Made by a program: the position numbers and the translations under genes. 64,000 nucleotides of DNA from Candidatus Asgardarchaeum abyssi. GTDB lineage: Archaea > Asgardarchaeota > Asgardarchaeia > Asgardarchaeales > Asgardarchaeaceae. The first letter of the stretch is position 1; each line of letters starts with the position of its first letter. The notes under the pieces are model-generated. The model was given only the letters and a program-made list of their open reading frames with translations, did not search any database and was not told where the DNA came from. Below are positions 28,430 to 38,318 of this stretch, one piece after another. Where the stretch lies: NCBI GenBank assembly GCA_040225955.1, contig JBECUL010000002.1, positions 28,544-92,543 of the forward strand, given 5' to 3'.

Positions 28430-30943
28430 TTGATAATTCGTCAAGCAAAGGAAGAGGAACTCGAGGAAATATTAAATCTCTACTATGAATCGTCAAAAGA
28501 AATACTCGGAATTGATGACATACAAGAGATGATAGAGTATGATCGTAGAATGTATGGAGAACAATATAAATTCCTATCGCTTGAGAATTTAAAAAAATGG
28601 TTCCAAGGAAATTCTCATAAACTGCTTGTTGCGGAAGTAGATGGGCAGATTGCAGGTTTCATAATTTTTCATCATATTGAAAAAAGAAATATAGGTTATA
28701 TTGAGGAAATTCATGTCAAGAAGGAACATAGAGGAAAAGGAGTAGGTAGCACACTTCTGCTTGAAGCAGAAAAAAGATTATATGATGCGAACATAAAATT
28801 CATCTTCTTAGAGGCTCAAGAGAAAAGTGTTCCCTTTTTCTTGTCTAAAGAATATATTCCGCTATATCATGAGCGAACTCTCTATATGGGCATTCTTGAT
28901 TATGTGGATATGGTTAAATTTCCAGATGTTAACTTATCATCGCTAATAGGCGCAGCCCTTGAGTACTTTAAATATTCTGAAGAAGCTTCAAGTGTATTAA
29001 AGAAAGTAATCCAGAAAATTGAAGAGAATAATCTTCAATCAATTTATGCCAGTATCGCGTATCTAATTACTTTTGCGGAGGAAGAAGACAATAGAACACA
29101 GTCTTACATTCCATTATACAAAAAAATAAAGAAAGAGACATGTAGAATACTTGGAAAAGAGTCCAAATATAAGAATCTCCTTGAAGCTATAGGACTTCGT
29201 ATCTTGGCATATGGTGATATAGATTTAGGTAATTACAGGCGTGCAATTGATAAGCTTGAAAGAGCTAAGGTAAAACTAGAAGAAGTTTATAATATGATGA
29301 AAAAGGATATTGTTTGGAATACATATCCTTATTCGATTATTAGAGATTTTGTTCGATGTTACCTCTACTACGTAGAGAGAATGAAGAGATTTTGTGAAGC
29401 CTATGTTCAATATGCAGAGACTGGAAATATCATTGAGGATGTAAATAGGGCCTCAGATAAGATTTTATGTGAAGAGTTTTCAAATCAAGATACGGAGATA
29501 GATTTCTTTGAGAAAAGTATTGAATGGATTCTTAATTTTCTTAGAGTCAAGGCTCCTAGGATTCCGCCTAATAAAGTAAAATTGGATGGTACAGTATGGT
29601 TTCTTAATTTCTTCACAATTGAAAATTATGAGGAAAAATTCCCTGCGGCTCCTAAAATTAATGATTTAAGGAAAATCTTTACTGAGATTCTGGGAAAGAG
29701 GGTTGTTTTTACGGAAAATTTGATAATCTCTGAGGACATTATTCCAGAGCTTCAGAAAAAACATTTAACAACACATGTTAGTTTGATGATTCCTAACCCA
29801 ATACTCTATTGCAGAGTTATGGATAAGAGATTTTATGAAATTGCCGCATCATCTGCAATTGAAATTGTAATTTTCGGTAACGGCACTGGTATAGTTCGTT
29901 TTTCACTTAATTTTGAAGATTTAACACCTCTCGAACTCTATCATTTGACTTTTATCACAAATTCCTCAATTTTGGAATATGACGTAAAACTTGGAGACTT
30001 TTATGTCTCATTGAAGGATTTTGAAGAAGCAGAAAATTGGAACTCATTATGGTACGCCATAAAATCGATCCTTGACAAGTTTTCAGAGAAGATAGGAACT
30101 GGTAAGGTTCTTATGGAAAGTGAACCAATCAGCTATGTAGTTGTTAACATTCAAGACTCAAACGTGCATGATATTAGTGTGTTAAAAGACTTTCCTGAAT
30201 TATTTTCAATTGTTGATAGGGTTCAGACCGTTATGTCTGGACCATCAATTTATTTCAGAAGATACTTAACAAATAAAGATGCATTTTCTAAGAATCTTGC
30301 CCCCCTCATAGGATTCGACGATGCAGAGATATATGCATCCAAAACGGGTTTACTACTACAAACTACTACTATGCCACAGTGGATTGTCGATGAAATAATG
30401 GAGATTTCAACTCTTTTGACCTACCAGAGATTTTATCTTTACATAATTAGACTCATGTTAGATAAGTTTTTAACCTTCAGCCGTGAAGGCACTTCAATAC
30501 GGCTTTCTGCAGAAAATGTAAATAAACTCCGAACGGAGGTTATTACTAAGCTATGGATTTTATCCAGCCCATTACCACTAAGATACAGCGAATACTTAAA
30601 GTTCATAGAAACACTAAAAGAAAGCATGGGCATTAATAATTTCGAGGCTATGATAAAGGAGCAACTTAGTGCATTGTCCAGAGTCATTGAAATCGAGCAG
30701 ATTAGTGCGTTACATGACCTTCAATATCGATCTGAAGAAGAAAGAAAGATTCTTGATTATATCGCAACCATAGTTGGTATACTCGGTGTTGGGGAAATAT
30801 TATGGAGAATAATAAGCGTTATCTTTCCAGAATTCCCTGAATATACAATTGTAATAATTTATGCGATCCTGAGTATAATAGGATTAGTTATACTTAGAAG
30901 GAGCTCGGAAGTTTCAAAAGAAAGTGAAAGTACATCATTATAA
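28430..30943 (+). CDS. GNAT acetyltransferase domain fused to a large uncharacterised domain with a CorA-like two-TM C-terminus
   Basis: N-terminal GNAT (IAGFIIFHH...IHVKKEHRGKGVGSTLLLEAEKRL) and about 600 aa of unknown region. The C-terminus has YIATIVGILGVGEILW (TM1) and TIVIIYAILSIIGLVIL (TM2) followed by RRSSE. TTG start. Confidence 0.55.
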   Translation: MIIRQAKEEELEEILNLYYESSKEILGIDDIQEMIEYDRRMYGEQYKFLSLENLKKWFQGNSHKLLVAEVDGQIAGFIIFHHIEKRNIGYIEEIHVKKEHRGKGVGSTLLLEAEKRLYDANIKFIFLEAQEKSVPFFLSKEYIPLYHERTLYMGILDYVDMVKFPDVNLSSLIGAALEYFKYSEEASSVLKKVIQKIEENNLQSIYASIAYLITFAEEEDNRTQSYIPLYKKIKKETCRILGKESKYKNLLEAIGLRILAYGDIDLGNYRRAIDKLERAKVKLEEVYNMMKKDIVWNTYPYSIIRDFVRCYLYYVERMKRFCEAYVQYAETGNIIEDVNRASDKILCEEFSNQDTEIDFFEKSIEWILNFLRVKAPRIPPNKVKLDGTVWFLNFFTIENYEEKFPAAPKINDLRKIFTEILGKRVVFTENLIISEDIIPELQKKHLTTHVSLMIPNPILYCRVMDKRFYEIAASSAIEIVIFGNGTGIVRFSLNFEDLTPLELYHLTFITNSSILEYDVKLGDFYVSLKDFEEAENWNSLWYAIKSILDKFSEKIGTGKVLMESEPISYVVVNIQDSNVHDISVLKDFPELFSIVDRVQTVMSGPSIYFRRYLTNKDAFSKNLAPLIGFDDAEIYASKTGLLLQTTTMPQWIVDEIMEISTLLTYQRFYLYIIRLMLDKFLTFSREGTSIRLSAENVNKLRTEVITKLWILSSPLPLRYSEYLKFIETLKESMGINNFEAMIKEQLSALSRVIEIEQISALHDLQYRSEEERKILDYIATIVGILGVGEILWRIISVIFPEFPEYTIVIIYAILSIIGLVILRRSSEVSKESESTSL

Positions 30944-30993
30944 CTATAGAAAAAACTAAGTAGAGAGGCTCTAAATATGGCTAGGGAGTTAAA

Positions 30994-31683
30994 ATGAATA
31001 GAAGAATTCCTGTTTGTTGCTTCATTTTTGACCTTGATGGCACGCTTGTATATTATAAGGATGGTGTTCTTGAGTTTCTTGATAAAATAGTCATACATAC
31101 TTTGCAAGACCTTAATTTGCCATTGCCTGACAAGAAAGAGCGTCTGAAATTATGGGATGGAAAAATATCCTCTAATGACGTACTTCGGTCATGGAAAATA
31201 TCAAACTTATATGAGTTTTGGAGAACCTTTGACAGCTATCAGCTTCCTGCAGTTGAAGACGGAATTAAGAATGGTGAGATTTTGCTCTACGATGATGTAC
31301 TTCCCACACTCCGAAAACTAAAAGAAGAAGGATTTGTAATTGCTGTTGTTACAAATACACCCTCAGATATTACAGAGATAAAACTAAAAGGTCTAGGTAT
31401 TCGCGATTTTTTCTCATGCGTTATTGCACTCGGAACAGAATTGCAAGAGCTGGCAAAGCCGAATCCATATGGAATCCTTAAGTGTATTAAAAAACTGGGA
31501 TTTTCTCCAAAGGAGGTTGCTTATGTAGGCGATTCTCAGTTTGACATATTAGCAGCCAAAAATGCTGGTTGTTATTCCGTACTAATTAACAGAGAAAGAA
31601 GAGTGCTTGAGGAAGAACCAGATTTTGAAATTGTGGATCTTAATGATCTGCTCAGCACTTTTAAGAAATGTGAAAGATATTAA
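30994..31683 (+). CDS. HAD-superfamily hydrolase (phosphatase, PGP-like)
   Basis: Motif I FIFDLDGTLV, motif II VVTNT, motif III K...GDSQFDILAAKNAG. Confidence 0.85.
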   Translation: MNRRIPVCCFIFDLDGTLVYYKDGVLEFLDKIVIHTLQDLNLPLPDKKERLKLWDGKISSNDVLRSWKISNLYEFWRTFDSYQLPAVEDGIKNGEILLYDDVLPTLRKLKEEGFVIAVVTNTPSDITEIKLKGLGIRDFFSCVIALGTELQELAKPNPYGILKCIKKLGFSPKEVAYVGDSQFDILAAKNAGCYSVLINRERRVLEEEPDFEIVDLNDLLSTFKKCERY

Positions 31684-31841
31684 TGTTGTTTTATTTAATT
31701 ATGCCTGCTATGACTTCTGTAATGGCTTTATATATTAAATGCTCCAGCTTATGCTGAGATATACACCTTAAAGTTATTTTTTGATACTTTGAAAATTAAC
31801 TATAAACCAATGCTCTGTTTATTTGAACTTAATACAATGAT

Positions 31842-34688
31842 TTATAATGCTCGAAATACTTCAGCTATCGAAGTTCTATAGAGCTTTTTTACAGATGTTA
31901 CCACGGTTATAAGAACAATTAACCCGAACAAAGAAATAACCAAGAAAATATAATCCAACGGTATTTCATTTAAAAATAGATAGAAATCAAGCGCTGACGG
32001 CATTCTGCCATAATTGTTTTCAATGTATATTATAAACATAAAGAGTATGAGTCCAAAACTTCCCATAGTACCGACTATCATAGCGAGAAGGAATACAAAG
32101 AGGTTTTCGTAAAGTAAAGATAGTAAAATATCTTTTAAAGATGCCCCTAAGGTTTTCAAAATTGCTATTTCTCTTTTCTTCTCGTCTATTGAGAAGTAAA
32201 AAATAAAGACAAAAACGGAGGCAATGAGCATATATGGTACCAGAAGGATTTCTTTTAGAAATATTTGATATTCCCTCTCACTTTTTATTCTTTTCAAAAC
32301 TTCATCTATGTCTCCCACACTAATGGATAGATATTTATAATTCTCCTTTATGTATCTCACAACGCTTATTAAATTCCCTTTCGAAGCCTTTATATAAAAG
32401 GTATGTGATACAAACGTTATATCTAGTGTTACATTTGCTAAATGTTTAATAATATAATCTTTAGGAAGTATTATAAAATAATCATTCGTAAAAACTCGTT
32501 CTAAAAATGGAACGTAATTCTCAGCTATAGCTACTACTATAAAATTATCGTAGATTGTAAATTTTTTTGGGCCTCCAGTCGTAATCTCCAGTGAAATCAA
32601 ACTTCCTACTTTAGCATTCACTTTGCTGGCTAGTTTTGAGGATATTATGGCCATAGCAATTCCCTTGCTGCTCCTATTAAACATACTGATAACTTTCTCA
32701 AAACTCATATTTACTTGTGCTATCCGGAACCAGGTGGCTAAATCTGTATTATTCAGCTCTATATTTGTTTTTATATACATCTCTGATACTTCAATATCGT
32801 CAGTGGATGTTATTATTGTATCATTACATTTACAGTTTTTAACATAGAACTCTCTAAAACCAACAACATACTCAACACCTGGTATTTCTGCAAATTCATC
32901 AACCAGATCTAATGATGATACTGTTGTTGTTTCACTTACAACAATTGGTATTTTTCCTTCATTCAGCTCATGCAATTCCTTTCTGTAGCCTATTACCCAA
33001 AAATTAGAAAAAGCCATTGGAATCAGAGTGTAGTGGAAAACGAAAACTAATAATATAAATAATATAAGCGTACGTGCGTAATATGCTTTAAGATGTTTTG
33101 TCGAAATATATGCAGATCTTGAGAATTTAGTTACAACTTTATTTATATAGCTAGGAATCTTGGAGAAAAGTGTAATTCCAAACAAGATAGGCCATGTAAA
33201 CCAAAGAATAACATCTATCTGTAAAATATCAATATTCAGAGGTTCAAACAAAATTGCATATGCGGATAACGTGATGCATAATATAAAAACTAAAAGACTT
33301 ATCACATGATACCATCTACTAATAGAAATTCTTTTAATCTTCGACGCTTTAAACTGATAGAGCCCAGTAGCTATACTTTCTCTCATTGTAAATATGAATG
33401 GAGTGAGTGTCGCAATTTGGGAAGAAATAAGTAGAATTGCGTAACTTGAAAGTAGCATTTCTAAATTCCACGGCATCTCAGAAGATGTTGCTAGTAACTT
33501 ATTTCCTGTTATCTCCTTTAATATTTTTGTGATGACTTGTGAGATTATCGGTGAGAGCATCACGCCTATTATGAATGAGATTGTTAGAATAAATGTTGTA
33601 GTAAGCACTAAAGCTAATGAAATTGAAAATGGTGATAATCCTAATGCTCTAATAATTGCTATTTCCCTTCTTCTTTCATTTAATGACGATAAAAATGCGA
33701 CGAACGTTATACAAAATGCTATTGTTATAGAAAAATATGAAATCGCATCTATGATGAGTCGAACGTTTTTAATAATGTCCTCATTAACTGAATTTATTAA
33801 TTTAATTTTTGGCATGCTTGAAATAAGAATAAGCTTTGCATCAGGAACATAGGGATATACTGTTGCACCGTCTTTTTCTATGCCAAGAATTATTTTTTTC
33901 TCTGCTAATCTATCTTGAAGGAAAGTAAGGAAGCTCATAAGTTCTTCTTCATACTGATTAACATCTTTAATTAAAGGGTCTCTATATCTAATCGCTATTA
34001 TTCTCTCAATTATTTTAGAAGTTGTGTAATTAAGCATGATGTTAAATGTATTGATAGAGGTAAAAATTGGTAACTCAAAAAGAACATTAGCTAGTATGTC
34101 ACTAAAGAGAGTCGTGACATTATATATCGCGGCAACGGTAAATGTATATCCTTCATAAGAAATAATTTTATCACCAATTGTCAAATTAAGAAAATCTGCT
34201 AAATATTTAGGAATAATTATCGTAAAATTATTATAATGATTATCAAAAGTGAAGTTACTAAGGCATGCAATTATATTATTTTTTAAGAACTCTACAACCC
34301 AGTCACTACTCATATTAATCCCTACAATATAGTTAAATGCTTCGCGTGGGCTTACTATGGCGAATCCTTCTTTTAGCCGGAAGGCAATATCTATTTTAAC
34401 ATTGGGTCTATATTCTAAGTACTCATCTGTGATAATACTACTAATCATATTCACAATACTCAATGTAAAATTTTCATTAGAACTTCTAATTCTAACATCT
34501 GGAATTAAATTAAGTGATTCCAAAAAAATCACATTTCTTAAATTATAAATTGAGTACTCACTGGCATATATGGATGCTGATGCAGTAATTAAAATAAGAA
34601 TCATAGGAATTATCTTTTTCCGATCTCTTAATAATATCTTTAAAAAATGAAGCAACAATTTTATATTCATGAGCATTGAGCCTCCCAA
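31842..34688 (-). CDS. Large FtsX-family ABC permease-like membrane protein (two FtsX modules), no adjacent ATPase
   Basis: 948 aa. FtsX-like motifs RREIAIIRALGLSPFSISLAL and KREIAILKTLGASLKDILLSLLYENLF each precede a TM bundle. Overall architecture matches 22143..25025. Confidence 0.7.
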   Translation of the reverse strand: MGGSMLMNIKLLLHFLKILLRDRKKIIPMILILITASASIYASEYSIYNLRNVIFLESLNLIPDVRIRSSNENFTLSIVNMISSIITDEYLEYRPNVKIDIAFRLKEGFAIVSPREAFNYIVGINMSSDWVVEFLKNNIIACLSNFTFDNHYNNFTIIIPKYLADFLNLTIGDKIISYEGYTFTVAAIYNVTTLFSDILANVLFELPIFTSINTFNIMLNYTTSKIIERIIAIRYRDPLIKDVNQYEEELMSFLTFLQDRLAEKKIILGIEKDGATVYPYVPDAKLILISSMPKIKLINSVNEDIIKNVRLIIDAISYFSITIAFCITFVAFLSSLNERRREIAIIRALGLSPFSISLALVLTTTFILTISFIIGVMLSPIISQVITKILKEITGNKLLATSSEMPWNLEMLLSSYAILLISSQIATLTPFIFTMRESIATGLYQFKASKIKRISISRWYHVISLLVFILCITLSAYAILFEPLNIDILQIDVILWFTWPILFGITLFSKIPSYINKVVTKFSRSAYISTKHLKAYYARTLILFILLVFVFHYTLIPMAFSNFWVIGYRKELHELNEGKIPIVVSETTTVSSLDLVDEFAEIPGVEYVVGFREFYVKNCKCNDTIITSTDDIEVSEMYIKTNIELNNTDLATWFRIAQVNMSFEKVISMFNRSSKGIAMAIISSKLASKVNAKVGSLISLEITTGGPKKFTIYDNFIVVAIAENYVPFLERVFTNDYFIILPKDYIIKHLANVTLDITFVSHTFYIKASKGNLISVVRYIKENYKYLSISVGDIDEVLKRIKSEREYQIFLKEILLVPYMLIASVFVFIFYFSIDEKKREIAILKTLGASLKDILLSLLYENLFVFLLAMIVGTMGSFGLILFMFIIYIENNYGRMPSALDFYLFLNEIPLDYIFLVISLFGLIVLITVVTSVKKLYRTSIAEVFRAL

Positions 34689-34797
34689 TATTATCTAAGG
34701 TTATATTTCTTTATTAAAATATTTTGAAAAAATAAAAATAGTAATATTGAGATTATTGTTCTTTATTTTTAAGAGAGTATTACAGTTAATTCTCTTT

Positions 34798-35433
34798 TTA
34801 ATAGTATGGTGGTGTTGTGCATGTTCCCTCTACTTCTATTATTGGTGAGCCGGTCCATCCCGAAAACGTACCTTTTGCCCACATATATAATTCGTTTCCT
34901 CCATCTTCGCTTACGTCTATTTCAAAGTTTACGATTTCATAGCTTTTTGGATAATTATGATAGTAATTACCTACAAGTTGATCATCAACATAAACCTTAA
35001 ACCATCTTTTTACAGTAACGCCAAAGAATGGTTTCCACTCGGCTTCAGCTTTAGTCCATCGATACGTACCATAAACATAGACATGATAAGCTCTAATCCA
35101 TATAGAATGGCCGTTTTCAGTTTTATGATTCTCATAGAAAACATAATGATATTCCTGATAGCTTTCAGGCACAACTATTGAATCAGGGTCAGGTATGTTA
35201 ATAACGATACAGTCTGATGGAGAATTTGTGTCTCCCTTTATAGCAGCTACGTTAAGCGGCATTACCAGTATAGATAAAAATAATATCATTATAGAGACTT
35301 GCCATAAGCCCCTACTCAATACCTTTCCCTCCAGAACATTATTTTTGACAAAAAACCATTTATAACTTTGTTTTTCGTATATATATATTTCGGAGCATCT
35401 GGATCGTCTCAACCGTTTTCTGGTTAGAGGCAA
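34798..35433 (-). CDS. Hypothetical secreted protein
   Basis: Signal-like MILFLSILVMPLNVAAIKG (an ATG at 35289 is a more plausible start than the TTG at 35433). The mature part is aromatic-rich with no recognisable motif. Confidence 0.45.
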   Translation of the reverse strand: MPLTRKRLRRSRCSEIYIYEKQSYKWFFVKNNVLEGKVLSRGLWQVSIMILFLSILVMPLNVAAIKGDTNSPSDCIVINIPDPDSIVVPESYQEYHYVFYENHKTENGHSIWIRAYHVYVYGTYRWTKAEAEWKPFFGVTVKRWFKVYVDDQLVGNYYHNYPKSYEIVNFEIDVSEDGGNELYMWAKGTFSGWTGSPIIEVEGTCTTPPYY

Positions 35434-35790
35434 ATGTCAGTCAAATCAACAGTGAAGTCCTTAACCTACTTAAACTTGATGACATTCTCAAGATTTAATA
35501 TAGAGATAGCATGTCTCATAATTCTCATTCTGTTTTCATTTTGATCCTGACAGAAATTTTCTTAAGAATTGAATACAGAATAATAATATAAGTGATTTGT
35601 TTTTATAACATCGTCATCTGCTATGGTAACACTCTAAGTGAGTGGAATAAGGTAAAGGGTTTGTCATCTGGATAAGAAGAGTTTTAAATGATGTACTACT
35701 TACTTAGAGTTTATAAACAAGCATTAGATGCTGCAAGCGTAAGATATAAATTTTCAACATAGTTTAATATGATATTGGAGATGGTGCTGA

Positions 35791-37110
35791 ATGACTTTCA
35801 AGGGGACCGTAAGAATTAAAGTATTGCTACTACTAACAATTTTGGTTTTTAGTATGTTTGGATTCGTTTTTATTTCACCAGCGCCTTATGAGTTAGAAAT
35901 AATAACAAAATCACGTTTTGTGCCTAATCCAGGAGATTATGATGAGCATGTGGATTATTTTTTCATAGATGATGTAGCTGAATGTGAGGGTTATCTTTAT
36001 ATTTGTGGATATAGATCAAATCCGATGTGGCCCTTTTTGGCGAAATTTAATGATAATGGCAGTATTGAGTGGTACCGAATACTTAAGATCTACGGGAATG
36101 TGCTTTTCCGCTATATGGGATTGATTACTGTTGATAAGGCTGGTTATGCTTACTTTCTTACAACAAGGACTGTAAATCAGCCAAATTCATCCTCACTATC
36201 AAATGTCTCTCCAGTTCTATTAAAAATAGCACCCAACTCAACAATAGTATGGGAGAAAATAATTGGAGTTGCAGTAAACATTACATGGTTCTATTCTATA
36301 AATTACATGCACGACGATACTATTCTGATATTAGGTAAATCGCCCTCAAATGAAATAGTACTCACAAAGCTAACTCTAAACGGTGAAATCATTTGGTCAG
36401 TACATGATGACGTAAATCTGAATATTACCAACGCTAGGGTTGCATTATCAAATTATTCGATTTACGTATTCGTTGAAGGTATTGAAAAATACGTGTATAA
36501 AGATCTAATAATGATAAAATATTCTAATACTGGACACAAAGTTTCTTCTATTATACTCAGAAAAGGCTATGTGCTATCCACAGAACTTATCGATATTGAG
36601 TACTCGAATGTAGACAATGAGACAGTTCTCCTATTTGATGATAACATGCTCTATAAAGTTTCACCTGACGGACTTATTAAATTCGAGAGAAATCTCTCTG
36701 CTGATGAATATACATACTATGGTGAAATAGCGATTGACAATAAGGGAAATATATACGCAGTAAAGCCTAGTTCGGCGGGCGTTTCTATACTTAAGCTTGA
36801 TAGATCTTTAAATATTATTCACACATATTTTATAGAGGTTGCTGAGTCGGAGAATGAAGAAACAACTTTAGCTCATCGAAATGCAATTTTCATAAAAAAT
36901 GATAATCTCTATCTTTTCCTTTCAGTAGGAAAAATAAATTATCATATCTGGGCGGTTTATCTAAAATTGAGAGAGCAAATCAGCCCACTATTCATTACAT
37001 TATCTATATCACTTGTTGCTTCAACAGCTATTTGTGTTGCATTCTTAATGAAGATGATAAACATCCATAAACTCCGAGAAACCCAGCACAATCCTAAAAA
37101 TAACCTTTAA
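35791..37110 (+). CDS. Hypothetical surface protein, beta-propeller-like, with an N-terminal signal/anchor and a C-terminal TM
   Basis: Repeated NGSIEWYRI / NSTIVWEKI / NGEIIWSV / DGLIKFERN strands resemble degenerate SBBP-like blades. N-terminal VLLLLTILVFSMFGFVFI and C-terminal LFITLSISLVASTAICVAFLM. Confidence 0.5.
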   Translation: MTFKGTVRIKVLLLLTILVFSMFGFVFISPAPYELEIITKSRFVPNPGDYDEHVDYFFIDDVAECEGYLYICGYRSNPMWPFLAKFNDNGSIEWYRILKIYGNVLFRYMGLITVDKAGYAYFLTTRTVNQPNSSSLSNVSPVLLKIAPNSTIVWEKIIGVAVNITWFYSINYMHDDTILILGKSPSNEIVLTKLTLNGEIIWSVHDDVNLNITNARVALSNYSIYVFVEGIEKYVYKDLIMIKYSNTGHKVSSIILRKGYVLSTELIDIEYSNVDNETVLLFDDNMLYKVSPDGLIKFERNLSADEYTYYGEIAIDNKGNIYAVKPSSAGVSILKLDRSLNIIHTYFIEVAESENEETTLAHRNAIFIKNDNLYLFLSVGKINYHIWAVYLKLREQISPLFITLSISLVASTAICVAFLMKMINIHKLRETQHNPKNNL

Positions 37111-37291
37111 ACCGCTATGAACACATTTATATTCTTATCTCTTTTTCAAGCCAGTCTATATGTTCCTTCTTATGTTTCCAAAATAGGTATTAGAGATGAA
37201 ATAACAAATCTTGCAAAAATTTTTATAGCATTTTTGCGATGACTTATAAATTCCTCTGAATGTTATAAATCGATGATTCAGAGAAATCAAG

Positions 37292-38155
37292 GTGTGCAGA
37301 TTGATTGCAACTTGGAAAGTAATCACAAAAATTAAGATCCGGAATTCTTCAAACAAGCGAATCCTTAATATGATAATAAGAATTCCTACCTTTACTGAGG
37401 ATTATCATCAAAAAGTTTTGTCTCTAAAATGTGATAATAGATGTAGAGTTCGAAAGAAAAGTGAAATGAATAACATGGCTTATATCTTAATCAGAGAAGT
37501 AAAACCAAGTAGTATTAAAACCGTAAATATGGAGAGTCTGATTGAAGTTAAAGCCCTTACATTTAATCTTAAAAAGGTATACAATCCAACCTTTTTCACA
37601 TCTCTCCCGCAAAAATATATAGTATATACAAGGCCTCAACAATACTGGGAGACTGAGGATGAGATAATAAAGAGTGCCGTAGAAAAACTAATTAAAGAAA
37701 CGAAAGAAGATACGCTAAAATACATAAGAGCCGCATTTAAATTCGTCAATGAAAATATCAAACTAAAGAGTCCCATGAATGTTAGGTTAGGAGCTATAAA
37801 GGCTCTTAAATCTTATGAAGGTGATTGTGACGAACTCTCTGATGTTTTCATCACATTACTTCGAGGCAGAAACATCCCGGCAAGAAGAGTTGTGGGATAC
37901 TTTGTAAAATCTAAAAATAATGGGACATACGAATTAGAACCTCATGCATGGTCGGAAGTACTTCTCTCAGATGGTATTTGGGTGCCGTTTGATCCAGCAC
38001 TTGGATTTTTCGCAATGATTACAGAGAGGCATATAGTTCGATACAAGATCGGATTAACATCGAGCATTTCAATGATCTCAGCAAGGTGGAAAAATGTACC
38101 ATCAGATAAAGTTAGTATAGAGATGGAGGAAGAAGTAGAACAGTATCAACAATAA
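37292..38155 (+). CDS. Transglutaminase-like cysteine protease-fold protein
   Basis: Cys-His-Asp core: YEGDCDELSDVFITLLRGRNIPARRVVGY ... EPHAWSEVLL ... WVPFDPA. The true start is probably an internal Met (MIIRIPTF or MNNMAYIL). Confidence 0.75.
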   Translation: MCRLIATWKVITKIKIRNSSNKRILNMIIRIPTFTEDYHQKVLSLKCDNRCRVRKKSEMNNMAYILIREVKPSSIKTVNMESLIEVKALTFNLKKVYNPTFFTSLPQKYIVYTRPQQYWETEDEIIKSAVEKLIKETKEDTLKYIRAAFKFVNENIKLKSPMNVRLGAIKALKSYEGDCDELSDVFITLLRGRNIPARRVVGYFVKSKNNGTYELEPHAWSEVLLSDGIWVPFDPALGFFAMITERHIVRYKIGLTSSISMISARWKNVPSDKVSIEMEEEVEQYQQ

Positions 38156-38318
38156 TAAGTATACATTTTGCTTCGGAAATAATTCTTTAAAATGCTGTAG
38201 AATCTTATATGAAAGCTAAATTCCTAGTAGATAGTGATAAAGGAATTAAATCATTATCTTAAGGTAAGAATATGTTAACTGAGAGGAAAGTAATGTCCAA
38301 ATGAATCTCTGAAGGTAA

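Noticed and set aside
37156-37356. 66-aa minus-strand ORF in the intergenic region upstream of the transglutaminase-like gene
   Set aside because: It is short, Phe/Ile-rich and AT-driven, has no coupling to neighbours, and overlaps the likely promoter and start region.
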